Below, in pieces: positions 63,201 to 64,000 of a DNA stretch of 64,000 nt (positions are counted from its first letter, which is position 1; each line of letters opens with the position of its first letter). The stretch is from Bacteroidota bacterium. GTDB taxonomy: Bacteria > Bacteroidota > Bacteroidia > Flavobacteriales_F > PHOS-HE28. The stretch spans positions 21,752 to 85,751 of the forward strand of contig JAFDZF010000035.1 of assembly GCA_018267055.1 (NCBI GenBank), read 5' to 3'. Below the pieces are notes generated by a model. That model was not told where the DNA came from and did no database searches. It saw nothing but the letters and a program-made list of their open reading frames with translations. Made by a program: the position numbers and the translations under genes.

Positions 63201-64000
63201 TGGGCCGGAGTTCTCGGACTGCGGTCCGTCCATTACCTCCTTCCCGGTGTGCGAGACGGCTCCGATCGCTTTCCAGTTCACCAGCGACGGCGGCTTCTTC
63301 GGGTTCCCTGAAGAGATGGCGATGGAAGTGGTGGATCCTTTCGGCACGGTGTTGTATGCCTTCCGTGGGGATGAGCCTGAGAACGGCAGCGGCGATTGTG
63401 GCGCGGTGACCTACCCGGTCACCAGCAACCCACTTCCCACCCTGGGCCAAGTGTTCTTTTCCTCGTTCGGCTATTGCACCCCACCCGCTTGTACGACACC
63501 GGAAAATGTGGCCGTGGGTCCCATTGGCGCCAGCTCGGCCACCATCTCGTGGGATTGCTCAGGCTGCACTGGAACGTATCTCGTGGAGTATGGGCCCGCA
63601 GGCTTCACTCCAGGCTTCGGTGATGTAGCCGGCGGTGGCACCCTCGTGTCCGCAGCCGCCTCTCCTGTAACGATCCCCGGCCTCAGTGCGAACACCTCGT
63701 ACTCGGTATATGTCCGTCAGGATTGTGATGGAGAGGGCACTTCGTTCAGCAATAACGGGATAGGCGAATTCGCCACGGGCCCGACCTGCGGCGACAATTT
63801 CTATGACAGCGGCGGACCGTCCGGTCCCTATTCGAACAATGAGAACACGCTCACTTCGATCTGTCCCACCACGCCAGGAGACCAGGTCCGTGTGATCTTC
63901 TCTTCGACGGACTGGGAAGGATGCTGCGACCACTTGCTGGTATTCAACAACAATGCGAACACCGGCCCTTCCACGGAGATCGTGACGGGCACAACACCGA
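57268..64000 (+). CDS. Giant modular secreted/surface protein (FN3-like, GEVED, MAM/choice-of-anchor-J-like and CUB-like domains), 3' end outside the window
   Basis: My own translation shows this frame open from the TGA at 57049-51 to nt 64000; every 60-nt sequence line starts a codon. The ATG at 57268 (alternative 57325) precedes the signal peptide MALALAAFTLLGTAKAQ. Six FN3-like units are present (SYNYEVRSSG / YEYE(V/L)RTSG) and four GEVED motifs (GESEDYVF, GQVEDYTLN twice, GETEDYTVD). The ORF is not in the supplied track. Confidence 0.85.
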   Translation, partial: MNCRNASTPPLRRTSRWRKMALALAAFTLLGTAKAQVAWYLFSQSSGTYTPITTGGGAVAAIAAGWDDNVVNVTIPSFSFNGVAYTAVNVNSNGYITFGATAPSSTSYTPISSSTAYAGAVSAFTRDLIDGDVGAQNPILQQTVGNEVVFQWTNAFRYSGGRIAGDALNFQIRLNTVTNVVSVVYGTCTATSTSLTGQVGLRGAANTDYNNRTTTTNWAATTAGTANSSTCTTSATVMPASGSTFTWTRSTCPRPTAPTATGLTPSGANIGWTCTGCTGSFILEYGPASTFTDPGAGATAGPNGIVVNPATAPQAIAGLTPSTQYRYFIRQDCGGGAFSNNSAAATFTTTAACPTVTSSAATSVTQTGANANWSCTSCTGSFIIEYGPSSTFTTPGTGTSPGTNGTVITALAGTTTTPITGLTPATAYRYFVRQDCTGAGFGYGLNSAGQVFTTACAAATMPFVQNFDAVTTPSLPSCFTKQTIAGNSSGWFTVNDALNLQLGYTGNVILYQYSSSSAANAWFFTPGFDLTAGVSYRLQYRYGNDGGSSYPEKMKVAYGTAANAAGMSLPIFDHGTISSTTNALKIVDFIPPSSGTYYIGFQAYSDADMDLLIVDDIRVKVTPTCNAPTPTVSNVTLNSADLSWTNNASESYNYEVRSSGDAGSGATGLVASGNVAGGPVALSGLVVNTRYTAYVQGVCESGTVLSDWSVGASFSAYCTPTHSATCGNGDITNVTFGPMTNTSTCGPTPYTFYPPSSVTASLNQSLSYDLSVTNSASSIISVWIDWDHDLQYEASEWTQVATASTAGAPATVTIAIPVDAPLGETYMRIRARNAGNTNGSGDACSSFGSGESEDYVFTVAPPPTCLAPTGIAASNVTFSTATINWTNNSSESYNYEVRSSGLPGSGATGLIQSGNMSGGPVAVSGLSASTTYMAYVQGICSGGSDLSSWSSAVTFFTGYCSATSTSTSFEKIGQVTVADIDNSSTSTAGYEDFSAVIGTMDAGGSYPVTVNITSSYTGDQVLIWIDANQDLDFDDPGELAFSLQPPTIGSAVPYAFTGTLSVPPTALAGQTRMRVRLHDTGGSPANSTPCGIAQYGQVEDYTLNITIPPCLPPSLTLSVLSATGVTISWTDNPLAAYEYEVRTSGAAGSGPSGLVANGTLTGSPMDATGLLTPNTSYTAYVRSLCDGGATQSAWAQLTFFTGYCTASATDMTNAGLLISNVAVADINNPTTAVIGYEDLTSVVGNVLVGQDYPLVITRGNNYSNDQVLAWVDWNQDLDFNDANELVLTSAINGPMSGTMHVPAGALPGPTRMRIRLHNTTAGLTANATPCGTSTVGQVEDYTLNVVVSTCVFPSDAAISSITTTGAMINWTAVGSNTYEYELRTSGAPGNPTGLVLSGTTASTNVDLSGQLTQNTAYRFYVRSVCTGPETSLWSPSLNFRSGCGVGNVPYSEDFGSLDPPPTALPYCYGSEVIGVSGGAWGTYFINGGAFQASSPVALCPNNTSAATDAWMFVRQLHLIGGTSYRLTYLYGNNGGASGLNLSVHYGASASAAAMTNPIVDHGAVLTIPNSGLTDFVPATTGDYYIGFHATGPAGAATFVAVENLVVDLSPPCIAPTAITVSGVTYTSATLNWTNSTAAEYEYELRTSGAAGSGATGLVATGIVPGGPVPLSGLTPNTSYTAYVRGVCDPITSTWAAPVSFVTGYCSVNATDCEENIGRVQMGALDHTSGLGCNGGYQDLTAHTGTLILGIPQPITVTLMTNGSLYSADSVSVFIDWNQDLDLSDAGEKYRLLSSDGSVHFTGTIDVPPTALAGPTRMRVRLTYNTAPLPCGTQAWGETEDYTVDVVITDCLPPTDLSVINITGTTADLTWTDNGAVSYDYEVRSSGAPESGPTGLAASGNVTGSPANVTDLTGLATYTAYIRANCDGPSTGPWMGVPFTMDCAGSTCNYSVAAYDLYGDGWNGGTVDVLVNHVVVATVGPEFSDCGPSITSFPVCETAPIAFQFTSDGGFFGFPEEMAMEVVDPFGTVLYAFRGDEPENGSGDCGAVTYPVTSNPLPTLGQVFFSSFGYCTPPACTTPENVAVGPIGASSATISWDCSGCTGTYLVEYGPAGFTPGFGDVAGGGTLVSAAASPVTIPGLSANTSYSVYVRQDCDGEGTSFSNNGIGEFATGPTCGDNFYDSGGPSGPYSNNENTLTSICPTTPGDQVRVIFSSTDWEGCCDHLLVFNNNANTGPSTEIVTGTTP
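59140..63084 (+). repeat. Tandem coding modules of about 714-786 bp (Cys-started FN3-like unit plus a GEVED or anchor-J-like unit) within the giant ORF
   Basis: Module starts (TGC/TGT codons) are at 59140, 59860, 60595, 61315, 62101 and 62815. All are in frame. The modules are diverged at the nucleotide level but share the same motif order. Confidence 0.7.

Noticed and set aside
1-64000. A search for CRISPR arrays, rRNA/tRNA genes, IS elements, integrases and prophage or defence islands.
   Set aside because: There are no regularly spaced short direct repeats, no rRNA-like conserved stretches, and no transposase, integrase or recombinase motifs in any credible ORF. The only low-GC patches (5600-7550 and 56800-64000) encode surface proteins without flanking mobility genes or direct repeats that I could see.

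Overview
This is a GC-rich chromosomal segment (about two-thirds G+C by eye, not computed) that looks like Bacteroidota. The supporting signals are three proteins ending in T9SS-type C-terminal sorting domains (VFPNP... motif), an exbB-exbD-exbD-tonB cluster, a fused murF-alr gene, and TAnnTTTG (-7 box) motifs about 20 nt upstream of several start codons. Most of the window is tightly packed housekeeping:
- yidD, S41 peptidase, LPS-core-type glycosyltransferases
- murF-alr, tdk, rsmI, polA
- hemA-hemCD-hemB
- yicC-gmk-nadD, udk
- ExbBD/TonB

Accessory or less ordinary content is interspersed:
- An S8 protease and an M43 metalloprotease, both T9SS cargo.
- A five-haem c-type cytochrome that carries a T9SS sorting domain and is followed directly by a MOSC gene.
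- A tandem duplication of an MBOAT + SGNH-like O-acyltransferase cassette.
- An operon of secreted beta-propeller proteins, and a MORN-repeat protein.
- A NYN-LOTUS protein.
- From 57268 to the window end, one giant open reading frame of more than 2,240 codons encoding a modular FN3/GEVED surface protein. It is absent from the supplied ORF track, apparently because it has no stop codon inside the window.

Many long ORFs in the track are antisense or out-of-frame artefacts of the high GC content. I saw no rRNA, tRNA, CRISPR array, transposase or integrase. No complete, clearly novel multi-gene system can be demonstrated from sequence alone. The best leads are the T9SS-tagged multihaem cytochrome, the duplicated MBOAT/SGNH cassette, the giant low-GC surface protein and the compositionally chimeric S8 protease.
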